Notes under the pieces: model-generated | The model's input: only the letters and a program-made list of their open reading frames with translations | What the model was told of the DNA's origin: nothing | Databases searched by the model: none | Made by a program: the position numbers and the translations under genes | Source: Candidatus Azobacteroides sp. | GTDB lineage: Bacteria; Bacteroidota; Bacteroidia; Bacteroidales; WRGA01 | Assembly: GCA_021201815.1 (NCBI GenBank) | Contig: JAJQEC010000135.1 | Coordinates: 937 to 64,936, forward strand | DNA: 64,000 nucleotides | Direction of reading: 5' to 3' | In this document: positions 1-9,048 of the stretch, piece by piece | How the letters are laid out: the number at the start of each line of letters is the position of its first letter | How positions within the stretch are numbered: the stretch's first letter is position 1

Positions 1-19
1 TCTTTCTATTGATTAGGAA

Positions 20-50
20 AAGGGATTGTCTGCAAAGGCAATCCCTTTTG
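20..50 (+). terminator. Hairpin plus T-rich tract, probably the terminator of a gene ending left of the window
   Basis: 9-bp perfect inverted repeat AAGGGATTG (20-28) / CAATCCCTT (39-47), followed by TTTGAATTTTTAT. Confidence 0.4.
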
Positions 51-186
51 AATTTTTATCCTTCTATTAACCCCTGCACTTAACACAAAAGAAGCGGGGG
101 TTGTTTCCATTATTTCTTATACTTATTTAAATATGTCATTCCGATGCAAAGTATGTTCTTTTAACTCTTTTGTTATCTTGTTTTTA

Positions 187-200
187 TGCAAACGTTTGCA
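187..200. promoter_or_regulatory. Perfect 14-bp palindrome TGCAAACGTTTGCA, LacI/CcpA-type operator-like, copy 1
   Basis: The sequence is its own reverse complement with a central CG. It lies about 55 bp upstream of a -7-like box (TAAGTTTA, 255-262). An identical copy lies upstream of the paralogous gene at 1319-1332. Confidence 0.45.
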
Positions 201-300
201 CAAAAAATAAGGAAGGTTTTAAGGAAGGCGTTCATGAAAAAAATATGTAATCGTTAAGTTTATATTGAATAAATTTATGAACCTTTTTAACATTTATGTC

Positions 301-956
301 ATGAGAAAATTAACTACGCTCTTTTTATCATTGCTTATTAGTGGTAGTGCGGTTTTTGCTGCTGTACAAAAAGAAACGGCTGATCCTATCACCATTACGG
401 TGGATATTTCAGAAACAGATTGGACTCAGGTTGCTTACTGGATCGGCACTGATTATCTAAATGGATATTTTGTCGTTCCTTCTTTAGTAGGAGAAGGAGA
501 ATATACTTATACTTTTACGGATCTGGTCTGGATGGAATAGATAATCTTATTTTTGTATATAGTGACGGTACGGATTGGCCTAACGAGGTCGACTATTTTA
601 CACGTGTAAGCCAGCAATCCATGGATTTAACAGATCTCGTAGCAGGAGAATATTGTTATGTGGTAGGAGAACCACGCACTGTGATGGATATAAACTATGC
701 AAAACGAGAATTGGAGAGTGTAGAGTGTTCTACTCCTACATCAGCTCCGGAAGTATTATTTACCGAAACAACCTTTCTGAATACAGACCAAAAAATTGAA
801 GTAAGTTTTGCTGGTTCTGCAAATGTGGAAATATATACTGTTAGTGGTATCTTGGTGGTATCGGAAGTTGCTGATAGTTATTTCAGTTGTCCGTTACAGG
901 CTGGTGTATATCTTGTTCGTATCAATGGGCAGATATCTAAAGTGTTGGTGAAATAA
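301..956 (+). pseudogene. Frameshifted paralogue of the 1436..3265 secreted protein, with a CBM-like module and a T9SS C-terminal sorting domain
   Basis: ORFs 265..540 and 621..956 both align by eye to the last repeat plus CTD of the 609-aa protein. Example: DPITITVDISETDWTQVAYW versus EPITVTVNILNTDWTQVAFW, and C-terminal GVYLVRINGQISKVLVK versus GIYIVRVNGKSYKVVVK. The frame changes at a TCTGG TCTGG tandem duplication (522-531); removing one copy gives a continuous ...YTYTFTDLDGIDNLIFVYSDG.... The likely true start is ATG 301 (MRKLTTLFLSLLISGSAVFA signal peptide). Confidence 0.7.
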
Positions 957-992
957 AGAATTTAATTCAATTTTGTTAAGTAGAAGTTTTAG

Positions 993-1026
993 CGGCAGGT
1001 ATCTGTGAAGGTACCTGCTGTTTTTA
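993..1026 (+). terminator. Rho-independent-type terminator after the pseudogene
   Basis: GCAGGTA (995-1001) pairs with TACCTGC (1012-1018), followed by TGTTTTTA. Confidence 0.5.
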
Positions 1027-1318
1027 TAAGGAATGATATGGGAAAGGAAACATACAGCCTGTTGGAAAATAAAAGGATAGGTAATTACCTGAGCATATTT
1101 CAAAAATTAAAAATATTTTTCATAACTAACGGCTCTTTCTATTTCTTTTTTTACATTTTCTTTCACACTTTCCAGGTTCTGAACAGGTTGTCTTTCAATG
1201 AATAATTTCCCTTTTTCTTGTTGTAGTTATTCTGTTTGTTTATTTTATATTTTAACAATGAATACTATTTGTGTTTTTATTTAAAACTTTGTCCGTTAGG
1301 TTATTGTGTTTATTTTCA

Positions 1319-1332
1319 TGCAAACGTTTGCA
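1319..1332. promoter_or_regulatory. Perfect 14-bp palindrome TGCAAACGTTTGCA, copy 2
   Basis: Identical to 187-200 and at the same spacing (about 55 bp) from the -7 box at 1388-1395. Confidence 0.45.
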
Positions 1333-1387
1333 CAGAAAAAAAGTGTGATTTTCCTCTATTTAAAAGTTAAAAAGGTACTATAGTTAT

Positions 1388-1395
1388 TAAGTTTG
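1388..1395 (+). promoter_or_regulatory. Bacteroidota-type -7 promoter box TAAGTTTG
   Basis: Matches the TAnnTTTG consensus, 41 nt upstream of ATG 1436. It is followed by a 29-nt leader (1400-1428) identical to 267-295. Confidence 0.45.
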
Positions 1396-1435
1396 TGCAG
1401 AATAAATTTATGAACCTTTTTAACATTTTATCATC

Positions 1436-3265
1436 ATGAAGAAACTTATTATCTTGTATTTAATGGTATTTTTAAGTATAAATGCCATTTTTGCCGTCAA
1501 TATCCCGGGAGGGACAAAACTATTTTTTACTCCTAGTAGCGGATGGAAAACAGATAATGCCCGTTTTGCCGCTTATTTCTTTGGCGCTGCGGGCGATGCA
1601 TGGGTGAGTATGAGTCTGATTGATGAAGAGGCTGATGTGTACTTAGCTGTTGCTCCGGTAGGCACCTGGACAAATGTAATTTTCTGCCGAATGACTCCTT
1701 CTAATACTACAAATAGCTGGGATAACAAATGGAACCAGACTGACGACCTGGTGTATGATGGAGAAAATAACCATTACACAAGAGCAGAAGATGTATGGGA
1801 TGGTGCAGGAGGTTCCTGGTCATTTTATGATGATTCCTCCGCAGAACCGGAATTATATCTGACAGCTCCTTCAAAGGTATTTATCGATGAAACCATCACT
1901 GTTTCTGCTATTTCATTAAATGTGATAAGTCCTGTGTATACGTATTCGATAAAAACTCCTTCTTCGATCGATTTTGTCAGTACAACCATTCCTTATTCAC
2001 CTACAGAAACCGGAGTGCATACTTTTAAAGTAACTGTGGCCGAATCAGCGGCTCCAACGATTATCTTAGCAGAGGCTGAAGTGGAAGTAACCGTAAGCGA
2101 GATACCGGAAGATATTACTGTAAAGGTTGATGTATCCGAAGCCGGCTGGACCGAAGTTTCTTTTTATTACTGGGCGGATGGAGTTACCGGAGGGTTTGTA
2201 AGTCCTACGTTGACAGACGACGGAATGTACGCATATACTTTCAGCAGATTGGAAGCTGTAAATATAGTATTTGTTAATAGCAACGGTACATGGCCTTCTG
2301 GTAGTGATGAAGAAAGGTTAGGTAAACAGACGGTAGATGTAGCAGGTATTACCACCAGCAGTTGCTTCCTTGTCGGGGATGCTACTTTTGTAGATGGAGA
2401 TCCGGACTGGGGAAAACGTACGGTAACAACTATCAGTTGCGGTGTTCCGGAAGTTATTATTTCTGCTCCTTCTTATGTATATGAAGATGAAACGATAACG
2501 CTTAGTGCTATTGCCGTAAATGTAACCAGTCCTGTTTATACTTTTTATGTAACAGCTCCGGGTGCAGTAGAAGCTGTTGTAACAGTTATGCCTTATGTTC
2601 CGGCTGCAGGTTTAGGAACGTATACATTCAGAGTAGGTGTAGCGGAAGCTGCTTTACCTTTCATCCAATTAGCAGAAGATGTAACAGAAGTAGAAGTAAA
2701 GGCTATTCCGGAACCAATTACCGTAACAGTAAACATCCTGAATACAGATTGGACACAAGTTGCTTTCTGGAACTGGGGAAGTGGTGTGGACGGTAATTTC
2801 GTTGTACCGAAAATGGATGAAGAAGGTATATACAGTTATACTTTTGAAAGAATGGAAGGCCTTGGTATTATCTTTGTAGAAAGTGATGGTATTACATGGC
2901 CGGAAGATGAAGATTATGATACCCGTTTAGGAAAACAAACCGTAAATGTAGAAGGTATTACAGGGGACGCTTGTTTTGTAGTTGCAGCACAGGAATTCCC
3001 TGATGGAGATAATTATGCAAAGCGGGTGGTAGAATATTGTTTATTGACCGATGTGCCAGAAATTACAGCAGATAATCCATGGATCCTGAATACAACAGGT
3101 AAAGTAAATGTTCTTTTCAATGGAGAAGCACAAATCGACTTATATACAATTGCCGGACAATTGCTGACATCTGAGATTGCTTACGGGCAATTCGAATATG
3201 CTGTAAATACCGGAATCTATATTGTACGTGTGAATGGAAAATCTTATAAGGTGGTAGTTAAATAA
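1436..3265 (+). CDS. Secreted T9SS cargo protein with an N-terminal aromatic-rich module, two tandem ~200-aa repeats (Ig-like plus CBM-like) and a CTD
   Basis: Signal peptide MKKLIILYLMVFLSINAIFA. Internal duplication visible by eye. Trp/Tyr-rich W..V.FYYW...G.Y.YTF segments resemble starch-binding-type CBMs. C-terminal ...QIDLYTIAGQLL...GIYIVRVNGKSYKVVVK is typical of type A T9SS sorting domains. Confidence 0.85.
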   Translation: MKKLIILYLMVFLSINAIFAVNIPGGTKLFFTPSSGWKTDNARFAAYFFGAAGDAWVSMSLIDEEADVYLAVAPVGTWTNVIFCRMTPSNTTNSWDNKWNQTDDLVYDGENNHYTRAEDVWDGAGGSWSFYDDSSAEPELYLTAPSKVFIDETITVSAISLNVISPVYTYSIKTPSSIDFVSTTIPYSPTETGVHTFKVTVAESAAPTIILAEAEVEVTVSEIPEDITVKVDVSEAGWTEVSFYYWADGVTGGFVSPTLTDDGMYAYTFSRLEAVNIVFVNSNGTWPSGSDEERLGKQTVDVAGITTSSCFLVGDATFVDGDPDWGKRTVTTISCGVPEVIISAPSYVYEDETITLSAIAVNVTSPVYTFYVTAPGAVEAVVTVMPYVPAAGLGTYTFRVGVAEAALPFIQLAEDVTEVEVKAIPEPITVTVNILNTDWTQVAFWNWGSGVDGNFVVPKMDEEGIYSYTFERMEGLGIIFVESDGITWPEDEDYDTRLGKQTVNVEGITGDACFVVAAQEFPDGDNYAKRVVEYCLLTDVPEITADNPWILNTTGKVNVLFNGEAQIDLYTIAGQLLTSEIAYGQFEYAVNTGIYIVRVNGKSYKVVVK

Positions 3266-3289
3266 AAAACTAGTAGATTTTGGGTTAGG

Positions 3290-3315
3290 AAAGGGGACGT
3301 TTGTCCCCTTTTTTA
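3290..3315 (+). terminator. Rho-independent terminator
   Basis: AGGGGAC (3292-3298), loop GTTT, GTCCCCT (3303-3309), then TTTTT. Confidence 0.6.
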
Positions 3316-3521
3316 TGATAGATACTGATGGACAAAATGGAGCGCAATTCGCAAGAAGCGTGATGAAATTATATGTTATTCCTGAATTTTTACGGAAGAT
3401 TTCCCAGGGAAAATCATAAAAATAATAAAAACAAATCAGCTTATCTGTTGTACCCTTTCCCCATGAAAACACGCTAGCTTTTTTGAAAAGCGCTCCTTAT
3501 GCTCCTGTCATCTTTTAAGTA

Positions 3522-5807
3522 TTAAGTAGTTATTTTTAAAGATAAAAAAGCAGTACGGGGAAGAGAAGGACCATAAATATAACCAGCATCCCTGTTGGCT
3601 CCTTTATCGAAATCTTTCTGATAACTATTAAAAATATTTTTTACTCCTCCGCTTACCTGCAGGTTCATGGATTTCAGGCGAAGGTCATAAGACGCTTTTA
3701 AACCCAGATCGAAGAACTGTGGTGTCCTTTCCAGTCTTGTTTCATCAATATATCCTTCGAAATGCGGGACAAGCATTTTTCCGGTATAAGTTCCGGTTGT
3801 TGAGACGGTAAATTGTTTGAAAGGGCCTGCGGTAAAAGTAAAATACCCGTATTGTTCAGGAGTACGCAGCATTTTCTTTTCAGGAGCAACCGATTCATCA
3901 TCCGTCCATTGACGGGCTTCACTATACCTGCTTTGCTGGAAAGTAAATCCGAACTGCAATTGAATAGCAGGAGAAGGTGCAACTTTTCCTTCCAGATTGA
4001 TTCCTGCCACATTTGCATGGTGACCGTTCCGGCGTTCATTGACAGGATTTCCTTCGTTATCTTCGGTCTGTACCAGGATAAATACATCATTCAAACGCGT
4101 ATAAAACCCTTCAGCCAGTAAATTAGCCTGTGTATTTCCTACATTAAAATAATAATCAAAAGAAGTACTGAAACTATGAGAATACTCCGGCTTCAGGTCT
4201 TTCGCATTCCGCGTTACCACCCCTTCATTATTCAGAAAGGAAACATGCAGGTCTTCATCAAACGTCTGGGGAGCCCGGAAACCCGAAGAGTAAGAAGCCC
4301 TCCACGAAAGATTCTGTATGATATCATATTTGATGTTAATCCTTGGGCTGAAAACAGGATCATCCAATAAGTTATGTTTGTCCAGCCGGGCACCCAGCAG
4401 AAATCCCCATTTGTTATTTTTCCATTCATTCTGGAAAAAGAATCCGGCTACCTTTGTCTTTTGTTTGAGTGTTCCCTCCCGGTAAGCAGGCAGGTCATCT
4501 TCCAGGTCATCATACTGATATTCCCCTCCGAATGTCATTTCTGCAGGCATAAATAATAACTCATCAAAGATATGCGTAAACTGGGCACCGGTTACAAAAG
4601 TCAGGTTCGTTGTCCGTCCGTACGCATCCGGATCTTTATCTGTTCCATAATAGCTTTTACGTAAAATATGCTGCAGGGAAGAATACGCATTCAGTTTATT
4701 TCTGCCATCCGGCGAAAACCAGTTGTAAGCAAGACTACCTCCGTTTGTATCATGATCCAGTTGTTCCGCAATATCTGCCTCATGGGGCGGACGTTCGAAG
4801 TTATTTCCTCCCCGGCGGTACTCATGCAGATTATGATATTCTAACGTTAATTTACTTTGGTTATTCAGCCGGTAATAAGAACGAAGTCCGATCGCATTAT
4901 TCACTATTTCCGGCAGTTCCGAGAAGCCGTCCCCATCATGGTCGTAATGAGACCGGTTCCGGTACGTACCATACAGGTACATTCCTGCTTTGTTGTCATC
5001 TGTTACGATCGAAGTATTCACGTTTACGGAATTATCCGGAGCTTTTCCCCCGATTAACTCGTAATTATATTCGGCAGAAAAAGAATTGCTCAGGGCTTCC
5101 TTCGTAATAATATTGATTGTTCCGGCGATAGCATTTGCTCCGTAGAGAGCAGAGCCTCCTCCGCGCACCACTTCCACCCGCTCGATCATATTCACAGGAA
5201 TCTGTTCCAGTCCGTAGACACCACTTAATGCACTGAAAACCGGACGGCTGTCGATAAGGATTTGAGAATAGGGTCCTTCAAGGCCATTAATCCGTACCTG
5301 TGTAAACCCGCAGTTCTGGCAATCGCTTTCTACCCGTACTCCCGGCTGAAAATTTAATCCTTGTGCCAGGCATACGGAATTGGTGGCGATAAATATTTTA
5401 GGATTTATCACACCTACCACGATGGAAGCCTCCTTCCGGTTGGTTTCGTTCCGGTTGGCACTCACCACCAGTTCATTCAGGGAAAATGCTTCTTCTTCTA
5501 CCAGAAAGTTAAGTTCCAGCGTTTGTCCTGCCTGAATCTCTACTTCCTGTTCTATCGTCTTATAACCCAGCCCGCTGACCTGTAACGTAATTTTTCCGGT
5601 TGGCAGGTTTTTCAGGAAGTAATGGCCGGTTCCATCTGTGGTAGTACCGACTACCGAGTTCTTTACCGCGATGGTAATATAAGAAATATGTTCGCCGGTT
5701 TGCATATCTTTTACGTCTCCTACGATGTTCGCATCGCTTTTATTACTTTGTGCAATTCCGGAAAATGAAATAAGGAATAATAAGACAGGGAATATATAGT
5801 GTTTCAT
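3522..5807 (-). CDS. TonB-dependent receptor with an N-terminal carboxypeptidase-regulatory-like domain
   Basis: Signal peptide. CarboxypepD_reg-like IVGDVKDMQTGEHISYITIAVKN...GHYFLKNLPTGKITLQVSGLGYK. Plug motif RVEVVRGGGSALYGANAIAGTINIITK. Long beta-barrel region. Confidence 0.9.
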   Translation of the reverse strand: MKHYIFPVLLFLISFSGIAQSNKSDANIVGDVKDMQTGEHISYITIAVKNSVVGTTTDGTGHYFLKNLPTGKITLQVSGLGYKTIEQEVEIQAGQTLELNFLVEEEAFSLNELVVSANRNETNRKEASIVVGVINPKIFIATNSVCLAQGLNFQPGVRVESDCQNCGFTQVRINGLEGPYSQILIDSRPVFSALSGVYGLEQIPVNMIERVEVVRGGGSALYGANAIAGTINIITKEALSNSFSAEYNYELIGGKAPDNSVNVNTSIVTDDNKAGMYLYGTYRNRSHYDHDGDGFSELPEIVNNAIGLRSYYRLNNQSKLTLEYHNLHEYRRGGNNFERPPHEADIAEQLDHDTNGGSLAYNWFSPDGRNKLNAYSSLQHILRKSYYGTDKDPDAYGRTTNLTFVTGAQFTHIFDELLFMPAEMTFGGEYQYDDLEDDLPAYREGTLKQKTKVAGFFFQNEWKNNKWGFLLGARLDKHNLLDDPVFSPRINIKYDIIQNLSWRASYSSGFRAPQTFDEDLHVSFLNNEGVVTRNAKDLKPEYSHSFSTSFDYYFNVGNTQANLLAEGFYTRLNDVFILVQTEDNEGNPVNERRNGHHANVAGINLEGKVAPSPAIQLQFGFTFQQSRYSEARQWTDDESVAPEKKMLRTPEQYGYFTFTAGPFKQFTVSTTGTYTGKMLVPHFEGYIDETRLERTPQFFDLGLKASYDLRLKSMNLQVSGGVKNIFNSYQKDFDKGANRDAGYIYGPSLPRTAFLSLKITT

Positions 5808-6017
5808 TGTTGCTGATTTTATTATTAAATAGGGAGAATAAGATAATCGGTAAACACAGACATGTAGAAAGTATAAAATACCCTATTTTTACTTTTTACC
5901 CGTTACCTTTTACTTACTCATATTATGTAAGTGAGTAAACAACATGGTTTCCCAGCTATCCGGATCTCAGGATGCTGAAAATAATGGTTATTTACCTGAA
6001 AAGAAAATAAAATAAAA

Positions 6018-6383
6018 TCAGCAAGCCGGAGGAGCACGTGGATTTGTGTGCAGGCAGTTTTTTACCTGTGCCTCTTCAAGCAGAAGAATATTCTCTATCC
6101 GGTAAGCACAAACGACTGGTTCCGAAACTACCGGAACAAGCAGGTCATTATCAATTACCGTTTTATTATAAGTGTCGATAAGTACATATTCCAGAGAAGT
6201 ATGAGAATGCGATTGAACCGGAATATCATTTCTGAAATCTTTGAACCAGTGAGAGTGGAAGATTAACGTCCCGTTTACCCGGTGACTATGGTAAAAGAAA
6301 GTAATATTGCTGTAGTAACCAACAAACAGCAGCAGCAAAAAAATGCGAAGAAAAGATAATATGTTCTTTTTCATTTTATACAT
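6018..6383 (-). CDS. Small membrane-anchored His-rich protein of unknown function, upstream of the TonB-dependent receptor
   Basis: N-terminal TM helix (ILSFLRIFLLLLFVGYY), then FYHSH...FHSHWF...QSHSHTS His clusters. A -7 box TATCTTTG on the minus strand (6404-6411) lies just upstream. Same strand as the receptor. Confidence 0.5.
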   Translation of the reverse strand: MYKMKKNILSFLRIFLLLLFVGYYSNITFFYHSHRVNGTLIFHSHWFKDFRNDIPVQSHSHTSLEYVLIDTYNKTVIDNDLLVPVVSEPVVCAYRIENILLLEEAQVKNCLHTNPRAPPAC

Positions 6384-6580
6384 GCTGTTTCTTTTTTCCG
6401 GTACAAAGATAACATTTTAACGTTATGTGTTAAATACCCTATAGTAGTGATAAATATTTTTTTGATTAAATTTTCCGTTATGGATCATACATACAAATTT
6501 TTCCCCTTATTTATCAGTTCGTTAGAATATCCTTAATTGAAAAAGACAGATATTTTCCCATCAATTAAAAAGATATCGGC

Positions 6581-6588
6581 TATCTTTG
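6581..6588 (+). promoter_or_regulatory. -7 promoter box TATCTTTG for the riboswitch-btuB transcript
   Basis: TAnnTTTG match about 15-20 nt upstream of the first riboswitch helix. Confidence 0.45.
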
Positions 6589-6604
6589 CGGTCGGTTTTG
6601 TGTC

Positions 6605-6800
6605 GTATTTTCTGTTTCTTCAGAAAAACGATGAAAAGGGAATCAGGTGGAAATCCTGAACAGACCCGTTGCTGTAAGCTCTATTCAATAACTATTAAAT
6701 AAGTTTCCGGACAATACTCAATCCACTGTTCTTTAAAAAGAATGGGAAGGAAGTTCCGGAACGGAGTAAGTTAGAAGACCTGCCAGAACTTTATCGTTAA
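6605..6800 (+). promoter_or_regulatory. Cobalamin (B12) riboswitch
   Basis: Conserved core AAAAGGGAAUCAGGUGGAAAUCCUGAACAGACCCGUUGCUGUAA (about 6634-6678). CCACUG...UGGGAAGG (about 6723-6750). B12 box AGUUAGAAGACCUGCC (6769-6784). It lies upstream of a TonB-dependent receptor. Confidence 0.85.
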
Positions 6801-6990
6801 AAGCTTTTGGGGAGATAGAGCTTGAGACAAACACCGCAGGTGGACAGATGATGGTCTACCCTGGCGTTTATCCCAACATTATTTTTTTGGAATGTCTTTT
6901 ATTTTGTATCTCTTAAAAGATACGGAATAGAAAACCGTTTCATGATTTCCTGTATGAAAGCTGTTTTGAAAAAACCGTAAAATAGCTCGC

Positions 6991-9036
6991 ATGTCTTTTG
7001 TAAGAACATATTGTATCCTTTTCATACTTAGCTGCTGGCAGTGGGTCTTTCCCCAAAGTCCACAGGATACCATCTATCAGTTGCCGGATGTGGAAGTGGT
7101 GGCTAACCGGTATAAAGAAGTCATTCCTTCCCAAAAACTTACAGGAAAAGAACTGGAATTGCTTAGCAGTCATTCCGTAGCGGATGCAGTGCGTTATTTC
7201 TCCGGGGTTCAAATTAAGGATTACGGAGGGGTAGGAGGATTGAAAACAGTAGATATCCGGAGCATGGGTACTAACCATATGGGCGTTTTTTATGATGGGA
7301 TCCAATTGGGAAATGCACAAAACGGACAGATTGATCTGGGGAAATTTTCGCTGGATAACCTGGAAGAAATTTCCCTTTATAATGGTCAGAAAAGTGAAAT
7401 ATTTCAACCTGCAAAAGATTTTGGTTCGGCAGGAACCATTTACCTGCGGACAAGAAAGCCCTCTTTTAAAGAAAACAAAAAAACAAACATGCGGGGTTTT
7501 TTCCGGACAGGTTCTTTCGATTTGGTGAACCCTTCTGTCCTATGGGAACAGAAACTCAGTGAAAGTGTGAGCCTCTCTTTGAATGCCGAATATATTTATT
7601 CTTCCGGTAAATATAAGTTCCGCTACCGGAAAGTATTTCAGGATGGAAGTGTGGCATGGGATACGACAGCTACCCGTCATAACGGTGATATAAAAGCATT
7701 GCGCCTGGAAAGTGGCTTGAATGGATTTATCCGGGACGGAAGCTGGAACCTCAAAGCTTATTATTATGACTCGGAACGGGGCATTCCGGGAGCTATTGTA
7801 AACAATGTCTGGCAGCGCTCACAACGCCAGTGGGACAGAAATTTCTTTACTCAGGGAAGTTTCCGGAAACAACTTTTGCCGCAATATGATATTCAGGTAA
7901 ATATGAAATATGCCCGGGATTATATGCATTATCTTAATCCCGATACTACCCTGATGTATATTGATAATGTCTTTATTCAACAGGAAATATATGCTTCCGT
8001 AGCAAATAAATATGCGGTGTTCTCTACCTGGGATGTCGCGCTTTCTGTCGATTATCAGTGGAATACGCTGGATGCGGATTTGCAGGATTTTGTTTATCCG
8101 GAACGGAATACTTTACTAGTAGCACTTGCCACGGCTTTTGAATGGAAACGTTTTAAAGGACAAGCAAGTATATTGGGAACTTATGTTTTTGAAGACGTTT
8201 CCCGGAAAGACTACGGCCAAGAGGCTTCCTCTTCATCCGGAAAACCGGAAAATAAGCAGGAATATACCCCTGCTGTCTTTCTCTCTTACCAGCCTTTCAG
8301 TCAATATAATTTAAATCTGCGGGCCTTTTATAAGAATATTTTCCGGATGCCTACTTTTAATGATCTATATTATACGGATATCGGAAATGTGGCTTTACGC
8401 CCCGAATATACCCGACAATATAACCTCGGATTTCAATATGTCACTTCGTTTCATCGTCGTTTCTTTAAAGGAATAAACTTTAGTGCAGATGCCTATTACA
8501 ATGAAGTAACAGATAAGATTATTGCCGTTCCCAAAGGCAATGGGCAGTATCGCTGGATGATGATGAATCTCGGATATGTAGAGATCCGGGGCATTGATGT
8601 GACCGGACGCATGCATGGTACCCTCCCTTATGATATTGGCTGGCAGGTAAGCGTAAGCTATACTTACCAGAAAGCCCAGGACTTTTCCGATCCTTCGGAC
8701 AATGATCCGGAAGCAGGTACATACGGAGGTCAGATTGCTTACATTCCATGGCATAGTGGTTCGGTGATTGCACGCTTCATGTATAAAAAGTGGGATCTGA
8801 ACTATAGTTTTATTTATGTGGGAGAACGGTATCACAATTCCTCCAACATCCTGCAAAACCATGAACAACCCTGGTACACACACGACCTGACAATAGGACG
8901 GAGCTTTGTATGGAACAAGACTGCGGGCAGGTTATCCGCAGAAGTCAATAATATATTTGACCAACAATATGATGTGGTATTGAATTATCCGATGCCCGGA
9001 AGAAATTATAAGCTGATTCTGAAAGTTGAACTGTAA
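6991..9036 (+). CDS. btuB: TonB-dependent corrinoid receptor (BtuB-like)
   Basis: First gene after the cobalamin riboswitch. TonB-box-like LPDVEVVANR. Plug region ADAVRYFSGVQIKDYGGVGGLKTVDIRSMGTNHMGVFYDGIQLGNAQNGQIDL. C-terminal barrel strands ...NYPMPGRNYKLILKVEL. Confidence 0.85.
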   Translation: MSFVRTYCILFILSCWQWVFPQSPQDTIYQLPDVEVVANRYKEVIPSQKLTGKELELLSSHSVADAVRYFSGVQIKDYGGVGGLKTVDIRSMGTNHMGVFYDGIQLGNAQNGQIDLGKFSLDNLEEISLYNGQKSEIFQPAKDFGSAGTIYLRTRKPSFKENKKTNMRGFFRTGSFDLVNPSVLWEQKLSESVSLSLNAEYIYSSGKYKFRYRKVFQDGSVAWDTTATRHNGDIKALRLESGLNGFIRDGSWNLKAYYYDSERGIPGAIVNNVWQRSQRQWDRNFFTQGSFRKQLLPQYDIQVNMKYARDYMHYLNPDTTLMYIDNVFIQQEIYASVANKYAVFSTWDVALSVDYQWNTLDADLQDFVYPERNTLLVALATAFEWKRFKGQASILGTYVFEDVSRKDYGQEASSSSGKPENKQEYTPAVFLSYQPFSQYNLNLRAFYKNIFRMPTFNDLYYTDIGNVALRPEYTRQYNLGFQYVTSFHRRFFKGINFSADAYYNEVTDKIIAVPKGNGQYRWMMMNLGYVEIRGIDVTGRMHGTLPYDIGWQVSVSYTYQKAQDFSDPSDNDPEAGTYGGQIAYIPWHSGSVIARFMYKKWDLNYSFIYVGERYHNSSNILQNHEQPWYTHDLTIGRSFVWNKTAGRLSAEVNNIFDQQYDVVLNYPMPGRNYKLILKVEL

Positions 9037-9048
9037 TCTGTTTAGTTA

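Noticed and set aside
5940-5990. CCUGAGAUCCGGAUAGCUGGGAA on the minus strand in the leader of the TonB-dependent receptor, reminiscent of a TPP riboswitch (CUGAGA ... CUGGAUAAUGCCAGC)
   Set aside because: The GGGGUGC-type 5' half and the spacing between CUGAGA and the pyrophosphate-sensor helix are missing. I judge it a chance resemblance.
6801-6990. Intrinsic terminator as the expression platform of the B12 riboswitch
   Set aside because: A 7-bp stem (GGTGGAC/GTCTACC) exists at about 6839-6862, but the T-run lies more than 20 nt further downstream. I cannot define the platform (transcriptional or translational) by eye.
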